32,000 nt of DNA, taken from the NCBI RefSeq assembly GCF_009848685.1, contig NZ_WXTX01000012.1, forward strand, positions 63,744 through 95,743, written 5' to 3'. This DNA comes from Andreprevotia sp. IGB-42. Lineage in GTDB: Bacteria; Pseudomonadota; Gammaproteobacteria; Burkholderiales; Chitinibacteraceae. Positions 24,161 through 32,000 of this stretch are shown piece by piece. A program made the translations under genes and the position numbers. The stretch's first letter is position 1. Each line of letters begins with the position of its first letter. The notes under the pieces were generated by a model. That model had not been told where the DNA came from. It saw only the letters and a program-made list of their open reading frames with translations, and ran no database searches.

Positions 24161-25564
24161 TTAATCCAGCGTGTTATCCACAACATCCCCACCCAGCGCC
24201 TGATACAGCTTCATCAAGTCATTCAGTTGCCGATAGCGGTTTTCGGCCAGCGTGATTTCGATGGCGCGGCGCGCTTGCTGTTGGTCCAGCCAATCTTTCA
24301 CGCCGGTCTTGCCGGCGCGATAGCGCACTTCTGCCAGGGTTTCGCTGCGGCGGGCCAGATCAAACGCGCGCTGCAGTGCCTCCCCTTCTTGCAAATCATG
24401 GCTGCGGGCGGATAACGCGTTTTCCACATCGGCCAGCGCCTTGTAGAGCGCCTGGCGGAATTGCACCACGGCAAGCTGGTAATCGGCTTGCGATACCTTG
24501 ATGGTGAGCTGGGTGGTGTTCCATTGCAGGAAGGGCAGCGTCAGCCCTGCCCCCAGCGTGCCGATGGGGTTGCTCAGTACATTGCCGAGATTGGTGCTGA
24601 CACTGCCCACGCTGCCGGTCAACGTGAATGCCGGGTAGAAGCTGGCGCGAGTGGCATCCACATTGGCCATGCTGGCGCGCAAGCGCCATTCTGCTGCTTG
24701 CAGATCCGGCCGGCGGGCCAGTACATCGGCGGGGATGCCTTCCGGAACCGTGGGCAATGGCGTTTGCGGCAGCGCTGCCAGCTCCAGCTCCCGCTGCTGC
24801 GGTGCCTGGTCGAAAAGGATGGCCAGTGCGTTACGTGCTTCTTCGCGCTGCTGTTGCAGGTTGACCAGGGTGGCTTGCTGGGTGGCCACACTTTGCGCGG
24901 CTTGCACTTCATCCAGCCCGGCCACCGCGCCGGCCTTGTGCTGCACGTGTACCAGCGCCAGTGTCTTTTCGGTATAGGCAAGGCTGGCCTCGGCCGAGGC
25001 AATGCGCTGGTTCAGGTAGGCGATTTGCCAGTACAGCTGCGCGGTGGTGCCGATCAGCGCCAGCGCGGTATTGCGGCGATCCAGCTCGGTGGCGTTGGCT
25101 TCCCAGGCGGCGGCGTCGCGCTGGCGCGCCAGCTTGCCCCACAGGTCGATTTCATAGCTGAGCGATGCGGTGGCGTTGTAGCTACGCACGCTGCGGCCAC
25201 CCTCTTTCAGATCTTGCTGCACGTTGCCCCCCGCCCCCACGGTTACGCTGGGGGTGAGGTTGGTATCAGTCAGCCCGGCTTGCAGCCGGGCGCGCTGCAC
25301 CCTGATGGTGGCCGCGGCCAGATCGTTGTTGCTGCGCAGTGCCTTGTCGATCAGCGCATCCAGTTGCGGATCACCAAAGCGCTGCCACCAGCGTTCGCCA
25401 CTGGCAACCTGCGGCCCGGTGATGGCCGTGCCTTGCCATTGCGCCGGCATCGCTACCGCCGGGCGCTGGTAATCACTTTGCAGTGCGCTGCCACAGCCGG
25501 CCAGCAACAGTGCCAATGCCAGCGTGGGTAGCCTTGTATACATTCTTGCTCGCATGGGGGTCAT
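24161..25564 (-). CDS. NodT/OprM-family outer-membrane efflux lipoprotein (outer membrane factor)
   Basis: The ATG at 25564 forms an ATGA overlap with the macB stop and gives 467 aa. The product starts [26 protein letters not shown] (lipobox LAGC) followed by [12 protein letters not shown], typical of NodT-family OMFs. It shows TolC-like repeat structure. The upstream 69 codons of ORF 24161..25771 overlap macB and are rejected. Confidence 0.9.
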   Translation of the reverse strand: MTPMRARMYTRLPTLALALLLAGCGSALQSDYQRPAVAMPAQWQGTAITGPQVASGERWWQRFGDPQLDALIDKALRSNNDLAAATIRVQRARLQAGLTDTNLTPSVTVGAGGNVQQDLKEGGRSVRSYNATASLSYEIDLWGKLARQRDAAAWEANATELDRRNTALALIGTTAQLYWQIAYLNQRIASAEASLAYTEKTLALVHVQHKAGAVAGLDEVQAAQSVATQQATLVNLQQQREEARNALAILFDQAPQQRELELAALPQTPLPTVPEGIPADVLARRPDLQAAEWRLRASMANVDATRASFYPAFTLTGSVGSVSTNLGNVLSNPIGTLGAGLTLPFLQWNTTQLTIKVSQADYQLAVVQFRQALYKALADVENALSARSHDLQEGEALQRAFDLARRSETLAEVRYRAGKTGVKDWLDQQQARRAIEITLAENRYRQLNDLMKLYQALGGDVVDNTLD

Positions 25565-27510
25565 TCGCGTGCCAGTGCCTCGATCGGATCCAGCCGGGCG
25601 GCGTTGCGGGCCGGCAGGTAGCCAAAGCCAATGCCGATCAGCGTGGAGCACACGCAGGCCACCACGATGGAGGCGATGGAAAACTGCATGGCAATCACCT
25701 GCACGAAGTAAGAGAACACCACGCCGATGCCCAGCGAGAGCACCACGCCGATCAGCCCGCCAATCAGGCAAACCAGCGCGGCCTCGATCAGAAATTGCTG
25801 CATGATGTCGCCCTGGCGCGCGCCCACCGCCATGCGGATGCCGATCTCGCGCGTGCGTTCAGTGACGGATACCAGCATGATGTTCATCACGCCGATGCCG
25901 CCCACCGCCAGCGAAATCAGCGCGATGGAGGAAATCAGCAAGGCCAGCGTAGCAGTGGTTTGTTCCACGGTCTTGAGTATGCTGTCGCTGCTGAAGGTGA
26001 AGAAATCCTTGCTGCCATGCCGTACGGTCAGCAGCCGGGTCAGGCTTTGCTCGGCCTGGTCATTGGGCAGGCCGTCGCGCACCCGCGCGGTGATGCTGCT
26101 CAGGTGGCTTTGGCCAAGTAGCCGCCCCATTGCGGTGGTATAGGGTATCCACACATTCAGATTGGCATCGTTACCGAAGCCACCGCTTTTCTTGGCCGCC
26201 ACGGCGATGATGCGGGCCGGCACCGTGCCCAGCAGGATGATCTCGCCCACCGGGTTACCGCCGTGCGGAAACAGCTTATTGCGGGTGTTGTCGTCGATGA
26301 CCACCACCTGTGCCTGACGGCGTACGTCTTCCTCACGGAATGCGGCCCCTTGGGCCATGGTCACGCCCTTGACGCGGAAAAACTGCTCCCCCACCCCGGC
26401 CACTTGCGCGGCGGCCTCGATATTGCGGTAGCGCAACGTACCACTACCATTCAACTGCGGCGTGGCGCTATCCACATAGACTTGTGCCTGCAGCGCGGTA
26501 ACGTCCGCAGCCACCAGCGTGTGGATGCTGCCAGCCTTGCTGTCGCCCCAATCCTTGCCGGGGAAAATCTCGATGGTATTGGTGCCCATGGCGCTGATAT
26601 CGCTGATCACCTTCTGCCGGGCGCCCTGCCCCAGCGCCACCACCGAGACCACCGATGCAATGCCGATAATGATGCCCAGCATGGTCAGCAAGGTGCGCAT
26701 GCGGTTGGACACCATGGCAATCCACGCCATCTTGAATGCCTCGCCAAAGCGGCTGGCATTGAAGCGCCTGGCGCGGGCCGGGGCGGCAGGCTTCACCAGC
26801 ACCGTGCGCTCGCCATCGCCGGCAACGGGGTTGGCACGGTCTGCAACGATTTCGCCATCATGGATTTCGATGATGCGCCCGGCGTTGCTGGCCACCTGCA
26901 TGTCGTGGGTAACGATGATCACCGTGTGCCCGGCGCGATGCAGCTCGCGCAAGATGTTCATCACTTCTTCGCCACTATGGCTGTCCAGCGCACCGGTGGG
27001 CTCGTCTGCCAGGATGACGTCGCCGCCGTTCATCAACGCGCGGGCGATACTCACGCGCTGTTGCTGGCCGCCAGATAGCTGGCTGGGCAGGTGCAGCGTA
27101 CGGCCTGCCAGGCCCAGCCTGGTCAGCAATTGCCGTGCGCGCTCGCGACGGTGCGTTTTGTCCACACTGGCATAGACGGCGGGGATTTCGACATTCTGCT
27201 CCGCACTCAGGTGCGGCATCAGGTGGTAACGCTGGAAAATGAAGCCGAAATGTTCGCGGCGCAGCGTGGCGAGTTCATCCACGCTCAGCTCACCGGTTTC
27301 ACGCCCGGCCACGCGGTAGCTGCCGCTGGATGGCTTGTCCAGGCAGCCCAATACATTCATCAGCGTTGATTTTCCGGAACCAGACTGCCCGACAATGGCC
27401 ACCATTTCGCCCGCGTGAATGCTGAGGTTGATGTTCTTCAACACCACCACTTCTTCATCCCCGGCCGGGAAGCGGCGTTCCAGCTGCATCAACTCAAGCA
27501 AGGCCGCCAT
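25561..27510 (-). CDS. macB: MacB-type ABC transporter (fused ATPase + FtsX-like permease)
   Basis: 649 aa. It has Walker [13 protein letters not shown] signature [15 protein letters not shown], and Walker [12 protein letters not shown]. The C-terminal permease has a large periplasmic loop and 4 TM helices. Confidence 0.85.
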   Translation of the reverse strand: MAALLELMQLERRFPAGDEEVVVLKNINLSIHAGEMVAIVGQSGSGKSTLMNVLGCLDKPSSGSYRVAGRETGELSVDELATLRREHFGFIFQRYHLMPHLSAEQNVEIPAVYASVDKTHRRERARQLLTRLGLAGRTLHLPSQLSGGQQQRVSIARALMNGGDVILADEPTGALDSHSGEEVMNILRELHRAGHTVIIVTHDMQVASNAGRIIEIHDGEIVADRANPVAGDGERTVLVKPAAPARARRFNASRFGEAFKMAWIAMVSNRMRTLLTMLGIIIGIASVVSVVALGQGARQKVISDISAMGTNTIEIFPGKDWGDSKAGSIHTLVAADVTALQAQVYVDSATPQLNGSGTLRYRNIEAAAQVAGVGEQFFRVKGVTMAQGAAFREEDVRRQAQVVVIDDNTRNKLFPHGGNPVGEIILLGTVPARIIAVAAKKSGGFGNDANLNVWIPYTTAMGRLLGQSHLSSITARVRDGLPNDQAEQSLTRLLTVRHGSKDFFTFSSDSILKTVEQTTATLALLISSIALISLAVGGIGVMNIMLVSVTERTREIGIRMAVGARQGDIMQQFLIEAALVCLIGGLIGVVLSLGIGVVFSYFVQVIAMQFSIASIVVACVCSTLIGIGFGYLPARNAARLDPIEALARE

Positions 27511-27512
27511 GC

Positions 27513-28658
27513 TTACGGCCCCGGCGGCGGCATCATGCCGGCAACCGGCTCACCGATGATCACCTGTTCGCCACCAGCCAGCCCGGCCAGTACCTGTGCA
27601 TTGACGTTGTTGTTCAGCCCCGCCTTCACCTGGCGGGTTTCCACCTTGCCATTCTTCAGCACCCGAACTTCATAGCGCCCGTCCTTGCCGCGCAAGCCCA
27701 ATGCTGCTGCCGGTACGGTTAGCGCCTGTTTGGCCTCACCCTGCACGATGGACACCTGCGCCGTCATCGATGTGCGCAGCACGTGATTGGGGTTGGCCAC
27801 GTCGAACAGGCCGTTGTAATAGACGGCGCTGCTGGAGGAACTGCTGCTGTTGATGGATTCCGGCGCGGGTTCGATGGCACGCAGCCTGGCGTAGAAGCGC
27901 CGCTCCGGCACGCCCAGGATGGTGAAGTACACCGTCTGGCCCGCCTTCACACGCACCACGTCGGCCTCGGAGATTTGTGCCTTGATGGTCATGGTATCGA
28001 GGTTGGCCATGATCAGGATGGTGGGCGCGGATTGGGCCGAAACCACCGTCTGCCCTTCCTTGGTGACTACCGAGATGATCTCGCCATCCATGGGCGCCAT
28101 GATGCGGGTGTAGCCCAGATTGGTCTGCGCGGTATCCACCTGCACGCGCGATTGGGCGATCTGTGCATCCACTGCAGCCAGTTCGGCGCGGGTGGAATCG
28201 AGCTGCGCCTGTGCGCTTTCCAGATCGGCACGCGGGCTGGCATCGCTGGCGATCATCTGCTGCTGGCGCTTGAGTGCCAGATCATACTGGCGCAGCAGCG
28301 CTTCCTTGGCACGGCGCTGTGCCTCGACGTTCTGCAGGCCAGCCTGTGCGTTGCGCAGATCATTCTGCTGGATGGCAGGGTCGATCTCGGCCAGCAGCTG
28401 GCCCTTCTTCACACTATCGCCCAACTTCACCTTCAGCGCTTTCAGCTGCCCGTTCACCTGTGCACCGACGCTGACCTGGGTAATGGGCTCCAGCGTGCCG
28501 CTGGCCAATACCGCTTCTTCGATATCCATGCGCGCCACCGGCGCAGTCAGGTATTGGGGGGGTGGCGCAGGCCGCTTGAAATACCATACCAGCAAAGCCA
28601 CCACGATCAGTACCAGCACAGCCAGCACGATGCGGGTACCGCGTTTTTTCAGTTTCAT
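27513..28658 (-). CDS. macA: MacA-type periplasmic adaptor (HlyD/membrane fusion protein family)
   Basis: 381 aa. It has an N-terminal TM anchor ([18 protein letters not shown]), a coiled-coil hairpin region, and barrel domains. The stop is 2 nt before the macB start. Confidence 0.85.
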   Translation of the reverse strand: MKLKKRGTRIVLAVLVLIVVALLVWYFKRPAPPPQYLTAPVARMDIEEAVLASGTLEPITQVSVGAQVNGQLKALKVKLGDSVKKGQLLAEIDPAIQQNDLRNAQAGLQNVEAQRRAKEALLRQYDLALKRQQQMIASDASPRADLESAQAQLDSTRAELAAVDAQIAQSRVQVDTAQTNLGYTRIMAPMDGEIISVVTKEGQTVVSAQSAPTILIMANLDTMTIKAQISEADVVRVKAGQTVYFTILGVPERRFYARLRAIEPAPESINSSSSSSSAVYYNGLFDVANPNHVLRTSMTAQVSIVQGEAKQALTVPAAALGLRGKDGRYEVRVLKNGKVETRQVKAGLNNNVNAQVLAGLAGGEQVIIGEPVAGMMPPPGP

Positions 28659-28864
28659 CCGGAAGCGCTATGTTCGATTGGAATGCCGTCGGCAAAATCA
28701 GCCTGGCGGCAGGGCACGCTATCTTAGCTGCAGTCTGTATCAGGAAAACATCGAAACCGTAAAATTCGTGGGATCGGGCTACGGCCTGCCTGTAAAAACA
28801 AACAATTCCGTACGCCATTAAGGGCGGTATCCAAAACGGGGGGCGGGTCAGCCTGCGAACGGGC

Positions 28865-29464
28865 TCAGCCAGCAGGCTGGTGGGCTGCCAGCTGCTGCCA
28901 GATCATCGCAACGGCCTGCGCCGGAGTGAGCTGTGCGGTGTCTATGGCCAGTGCTGGCGCCAGCGGCGGCTCATAAGGGGCACTCAGCCCGGTGAACTGG
29001 CCTATCTGCCCTGCCTTGGCCTGTGCATACAGGCCCTTGGCATCGCGCCTTGCACACACATCCAGGGCGGTATCCAGAAATACTTCGATGAAATGCTCGC
29101 TACCGATAAGGTCACGCGCCAGTTGCCGCTGTATACGCAATGGCGAAATGAACGCGGCCACCACCCAGATGCCACTGCGGTTGGCAAGGCTGGCTACTTC
29201 GGCAACGCGGCGGATGTTTTCGGTTCTGTCTGCAGAAGAGAACCCCAGATCACGGTTGAGGCCGGCGCGCACGTCATCACCATCCAGCAACAGCACCGCC
29301 AGGCCTGCTGCATTCATCCGCTGCTGCAGCGCCCGGCTGAGCGTGGTTTTACCCGCGCCGGACAAACCCGTAATCCAGACGGTACCGGGGCTGCGTTGCA
29401 GCAAGGGGCCGGCATGCGCGGTTCCGGGCATGGGCATCAACAGCGTGTCACCTGGCTTTTGCAT
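28865..29464 (-). CDS. cysC: Adenylyl-sulfate (APS) kinase
   Basis: 199 aa. It has the P-loop WITGLSGAGKTT, LLDGDDVRAGLNRDLGFSSADRTENIRR, and FISP, the canonical CysC blocks. Confidence 0.9.
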   Translation of the reverse strand: MQKPGDTLLMPMPGTAHAGPLLQRSPGTVWITGLSGAGKTTLSRALQQRMNAAGLAVLLLDGDDVRAGLNRDLGFSSADRTENIRRVAEVASLANRSGIWVVAAFISPLRIQRQLARDLIGSEHFIEVFLDTALDVCARRDAKGLYAQAKAGQIGQFTGLSAPYEPPLAPALAIDTAQLTPAQAVAMIWQQLAAHQPAG

Positions 29465-29809
29465 ACTTGATGGTCGAATCGGGCAGTCCGTGACAGTTTT
29501 GGCGATACGGTATGGATCTGATCATGGCCCGGCGCCGTCCCAGCCGGCTGGCACCGAGCCTGCTGCAGCTGGCCACGAGGTAAACAAGCAGCCCATTCCC
29601 ACGCCTCGGGGCTGCGTGCATGCAGCGGCATACTTCACGTTACCCATATCTGGCCCGCTGGTCAGCAAAAGGCTTTATCAAACCATGCATTTATCCCACA
29701 AGAAAAAGAAACTGTGTTGTAATTTCCAATCATCTAGCGATGGCACTTGCGTAAGAAAACCAGGTGCTTATCATATAGGGCGTTGTCATACCGGGCTCTA
29801 CCTTAATCC

Positions 29810-30352
29810 ATGAGCGCACCCACCCGTCAGCCTGTCGATCTGTCTGCGTTGCAGCTATGCCCCGCTGCGGACGGCGATCTCGACTTCCTGCGGGTGCTGT
29901 TTGCCTCTACCCGCATCGACGAACTGGCGCTATCTGGCTGGAGCGACGAGCAAAAAGCACAGTTTCTGCTGCAGCAGTTTGAAGCGCAGCACGCGTATTA
30001 CCAGCAGCATTATCACGATGCCGAATTCTCGCTGATTGTGTATCAGGAGCAGCCCATCGGCCGCCTGTATGTGTTCCGCGGGCCAAGCACGATCAACCTG
30101 ATCGATATTTCACTGCTGCCAGACTGGCGGCAATGCGGCATCGGCAGCCATTACCTGCGTGCGCTGACCGCAGAGGCAGACCAAGCCGGTAAGGCGATCC
30201 GGCTGTTTGTCGAGCAGACCAACCCAGCCAGGCAGCTGTATGAGCGTTTTGGTTTTTCGGTCACCGGCAGTAACAACCTTTATCTGCAGATGCATCGTAC
30301 TACCACTGGAATGCCGCAGTCACAGGCCCGGGCAATGGAAACAACCGCATGA
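29810..30352 (+). CDS. GNAT-family N-acetyltransferase
   Basis: 180 aa. It has an acetyl-CoA binding motif region (LLPDWRQCGIGSHYLRAL...) and a C-terminal NPARQLYERFGF block typical of GNATs. Confidence 0.75.
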   Translation: MSAPTRQPVDLSALQLCPAADGDLDFLRVLFASTRIDELALSGWSDEQKAQFLLQQFEAQHAYYQQHYHDAEFSLIVYQEQPIGRLYVFRGPSTINLIDISLLPDWRQCGIGSHYLRALTAEADQAGKAIRLFVEQTNPARQLYERFGFSVTGSNNLYLQMHRTTTGMPQSQARAMETTA

Positions 30353-30684
30353 CCGCTATTCCGAGTTTCACAGACCTGCAGCAATCGCTAGAGCAAAACT
30401 GGCACCTGAGCTGGGAAGGCCATGGCGGCGTGGACGTGCAGCTCGTCGAAGTGAATGAAGGCGTGGCAATGAACCGCCGGTTCGAATGCTACAGCGCCGT
30501 ATTCAGGCAGCCCGCTGGCCTGCAGTTGCCGCAATACACCTACCTGCTGCACAGCCCCGCAAAGATGCAATGGCCAGTGATGCTGACACCCATCGGCCCC
30601 GACGAAGATGGCGAACATCATTTGTTACAGGCTGTTTTCCATTGCCGGCGGCCTGTTGAGGCAGCAATAGCGGATACCCAATGA
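30349..30684 (+). CDS. Small hypothetical protein, DUF6916-like
   Basis: 111 aa. The start forms an ATGA overlap with the GNAT stop. The pattern FECYSAVFRQPAGLQLPQYTYLLHSP...LTPIGPDEDG..LLQAVFH resembles what I recall for DUF6916 proteins (F.L.F.GP....L.Q..Y.L.H.....LF.VPIG......YEAVFN). This assignment is from memory only. Confidence 0.5.
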   Translation: MTAIPSFTDLQQSLEQNWHLSWEGHGGVDVQLVEVNEGVAMNRRFECYSAVFRQPAGLQLPQYTYLLHSPAKMQWPVMLTPIGPDEDGEHHLLQAVFHCRRPVEAAIADTQ

Positions 30685-30748
30685 TCTTCTCGCGGCTCGC
30701 CGCGCAACCAGCCGACGATGTCGGCCGTATACCAAGTGGAGCAGCAAA

Positions 30749-31315
30749 ATGAGTGATCCGTTTATCGGTGAAATTCGTATGGTCGGTTTCAATTTCGCCC
30801 CGCGTGGCTGGGCTTCCTGCAATGGTGCGCTGGTCGGCATTGCGCAGAACCAGGCGCTGTTTTCCTTGCTGGGCACCGTATATGGCGGCAATGGCCAGCA
30901 AACATTCGGCCTGCCTGACTACCGCGGCCGCAGCCCGGTTGGCCAGGGCCAGGGCCCGGGCCTGACCCCGATCACACAGGGTGAACTGGCTGGTGCTGAA
31001 AACATCACGTTGCTCACTCCGCAACTGCCACAGTTCATCCCGAATGTGACGGTCAACGTTGCCATTCCGGCAGTGACTGCCAGCACCAATGTGGCGGCAG
31101 TGCCTTCGGCGACCAGCCGCCTGGGCCCGGTTACCGGCAGCGGCCGCCCTGGCACGCTGTACAGCACCGATGCCAGCGACGTCACACTGGCGCCATTTGC
31201 AGCACAAGTAACCAGCGCACCGATTGGCGGCAGCCAGCCGATCCCGCTACGCAATCCTTACCTTGGTACCAACTTCGTGATCGCGCTGGAAGGCATTTTC
31301 CCTTCACGCAACTGA
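30749..31315 (+). CDS. Phage tail collar domain protein (MdpB / microcystin-dependent protein family, COG4675)
   Basis: 188 aa. It opens MSDPFIGEIRMVGFNFAPRGWASCNGALVGIAQNQALFSLLGTVYGGNGQQTFGLPDYRGRSPVGQG and ends GGSQPIPLRNPYLGTNFVIALEGIFPSRN. These are the two conserved Collar-family blocks. Confidence 0.85.
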   Translation: MSDPFIGEIRMVGFNFAPRGWASCNGALVGIAQNQALFSLLGTVYGGNGQQTFGLPDYRGRSPVGQGQGPGLTPITQGELAGAENITLLTPQLPQFIPNVTVNVAIPAVTASTNVAAVPSATSRLGPVTGSGRPGTLYSTDASDVTLAPFAAQVTSAPIGGSQPIPLRNPYLGTNFVIALEGIFPSRN

Positions 31316-31419
31316 TTCCGAAGTGATACAACGCGTATGGTCTGATCCGCAATAGACTGTGCGCAAGGGAGTCCTCTCACCAGGACTCCCACTTTGCTTT
31401 ATGCGGCCAGGAGATGATC

Positions 31420-32000
31420 ATGTGGTGGACCAAACGCGACCTCAAGCCAACAGCAACCCCTGTTGGCAAAGCCAAGCCAGTATTGTTGCGCGCGCTGGAG
31501 CCACGCATCATGTTCGACGCCGCAGTGGTGGCCACTGCCGCGCATGCCGATACCAGCCACGCGGAAGCCAAACCGGCGCCACGCAGCGCAGAGGTGGCCG
31601 ATCGCCCCACCGCATATCTGACCAATGCCGATCAGGCAGGCAGGCAGGATACGCGGCCAGCACCGGCAGGCAACGATGCAGCGCCCAACCGCCCAGCCAC
31701 CAATGCTGCCGATCCCGCCGCACAGCGTGATACGCAGGTCGCACCGGCAGCGACGTTGCCCGCCAGCCTGAGCAATGCAGAGCCCGGCCGGCAGATCGTA
31801 TTCGTCGATGGTGGCCTCAGCAACGTACAAACATTACTCAATGGCATTTCCCCGAATCTCGAAGTGATCGTGATCCGGCCCGATCAGGATGGCCTGCAGG
31901 TCATTGCCGATACTGTGGCGGGCCGCAGCGACATCGATGCCATCCACATCATCAGTCACGGCGAAGTGGGCAGGATCGAGCTGGGTAACAGCTGGATAGA
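31420..32000 (+). CDS. N-terminus of a large secreted/surface repeat protein with a DUF4347 domain (partial; continues beyond the right edge)
   Basis: Not in the ORF track because it is open at the window end. Hand translation from ATG 31420 (GGAG 7 nt upstream) gives MWWTKRDLKPTATPVGKAKPVLLRALEPRIMFDAAVVATAAH...GRQIVFVDGGLSNVQTLLNGISPNLEVIVIRPDQDGLQVIADTVAGRSDIDAIHIISHGEVGRIELGNSWI. The LEPRIMFDAA motif plus IVFVD...DG..QI....L......IHI.SHG..G...LG is the DUF4347 signature of giant adhesin/RTX-like proteins. Confidence 0.75.
   Translation, partial: MWWTKRDLKPTATPVGKAKPVLLRALEPRIMFDAAVVATAAHADTSHAEAKPAPRSAEVADRPTAYLTNADQAGRQDTRPAPAGNDAAPNRPATNAADPAAQRDTQVAPAATLPASLSNAEPGRQIVFVDGGLSNVQTLLNGISPNLEVIVIRPDQDGLQVIADTVAGRSDIDAIHIISHGEVGRIELGNSWI

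Noticed and set aside
25565-25771. Upstream 69 codons of the outer-membrane factor ORF (24161..25771)
   Set aside because: These codons overlap the 3' end of macB. The sequence before M70 is junk-like. M70 gives the signal peptide plus lipobox and an ATGA overlap with the macB stop.
520-29813. Many very long ORFs antisense to the called genes, e.g. 520..1731 +, 2775..4982 +, 5136..7454 +, 8095..9414 +, 11446..12951 - (almost exactly co-extensive with tssC), 16510..18471 -, 19536..20912 -, 24461..25531 +, 27783..28727 +, 28880..29470 + and 28992..29813 +
   Set aside because: These are typical shadow ORFs of a high-GC genome. Their translations are Arg/Ala/Gly/His-rich with no recognisable motifs. 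Each is fully overlapped by an opposite-strand ORF with unmistakable family signatures (TssF, TssM, TssL, TssK, TssC, VgrG, Rhs, OMF, MacA, CysC).

Overview
GC-rich (sampled lines ~60-67 % GC) proteobacterial chromosome segment. About 24 kb is a near-complete type VI secretion system (T6SS) locus, built as two divergent operons around a 220-bp control region (9604-9823). Minus strand: tssJ-tssK-tssL(OmpA-type fusion)-tssM-tagF-tssE-tssF, with tssF partial and running off the left edge. Plus strand: tssA-tssB-tssC-hcp, then a terminator and an unexplained ~530-bp gap, then tagJ-tae1-tai1-vgrG-eagR-prePAAR/PAAR-Rhs-immunity. Two effector/immunity pairs are present. The first is a Tse1/Tae1-family peptidoglycan amidase with a Tsi1-like periplasmic immunity protein, embedded in the core operon. 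The second is a 1493-aa class-II-type prePAAR Rhs protein. Its last 131 aa, after the DPWGW cleavage motif, and the following 201-aa ORF are sharply AT-rich. I could not assign them to a named toxin/immunity family by eye. The toxin shows a PD-(D/E)xK-like residue pattern, and this pair is my best candidate for something undescribed. The island ends in an IS5-family transposase N-terminal remnant (~23.9-24.07 kb). To the right lie a convergent macA-macB-NodT-type outer-membrane-factor efflux operon preceded by a stand-alone cysC, then a GNAT / DUF6916-like / phage-tail-collar (MdpB-like) module, then the 5' end of a DUF4347-type giant surface protein that runs off the right edge. No tRNA, rRNA or CRISPR array was seen. 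clpV (tssH), tssG, fha, ppkA and pppA are not in this window. Homology statements come from reading the translations and from remembered family signatures. No database search was run.
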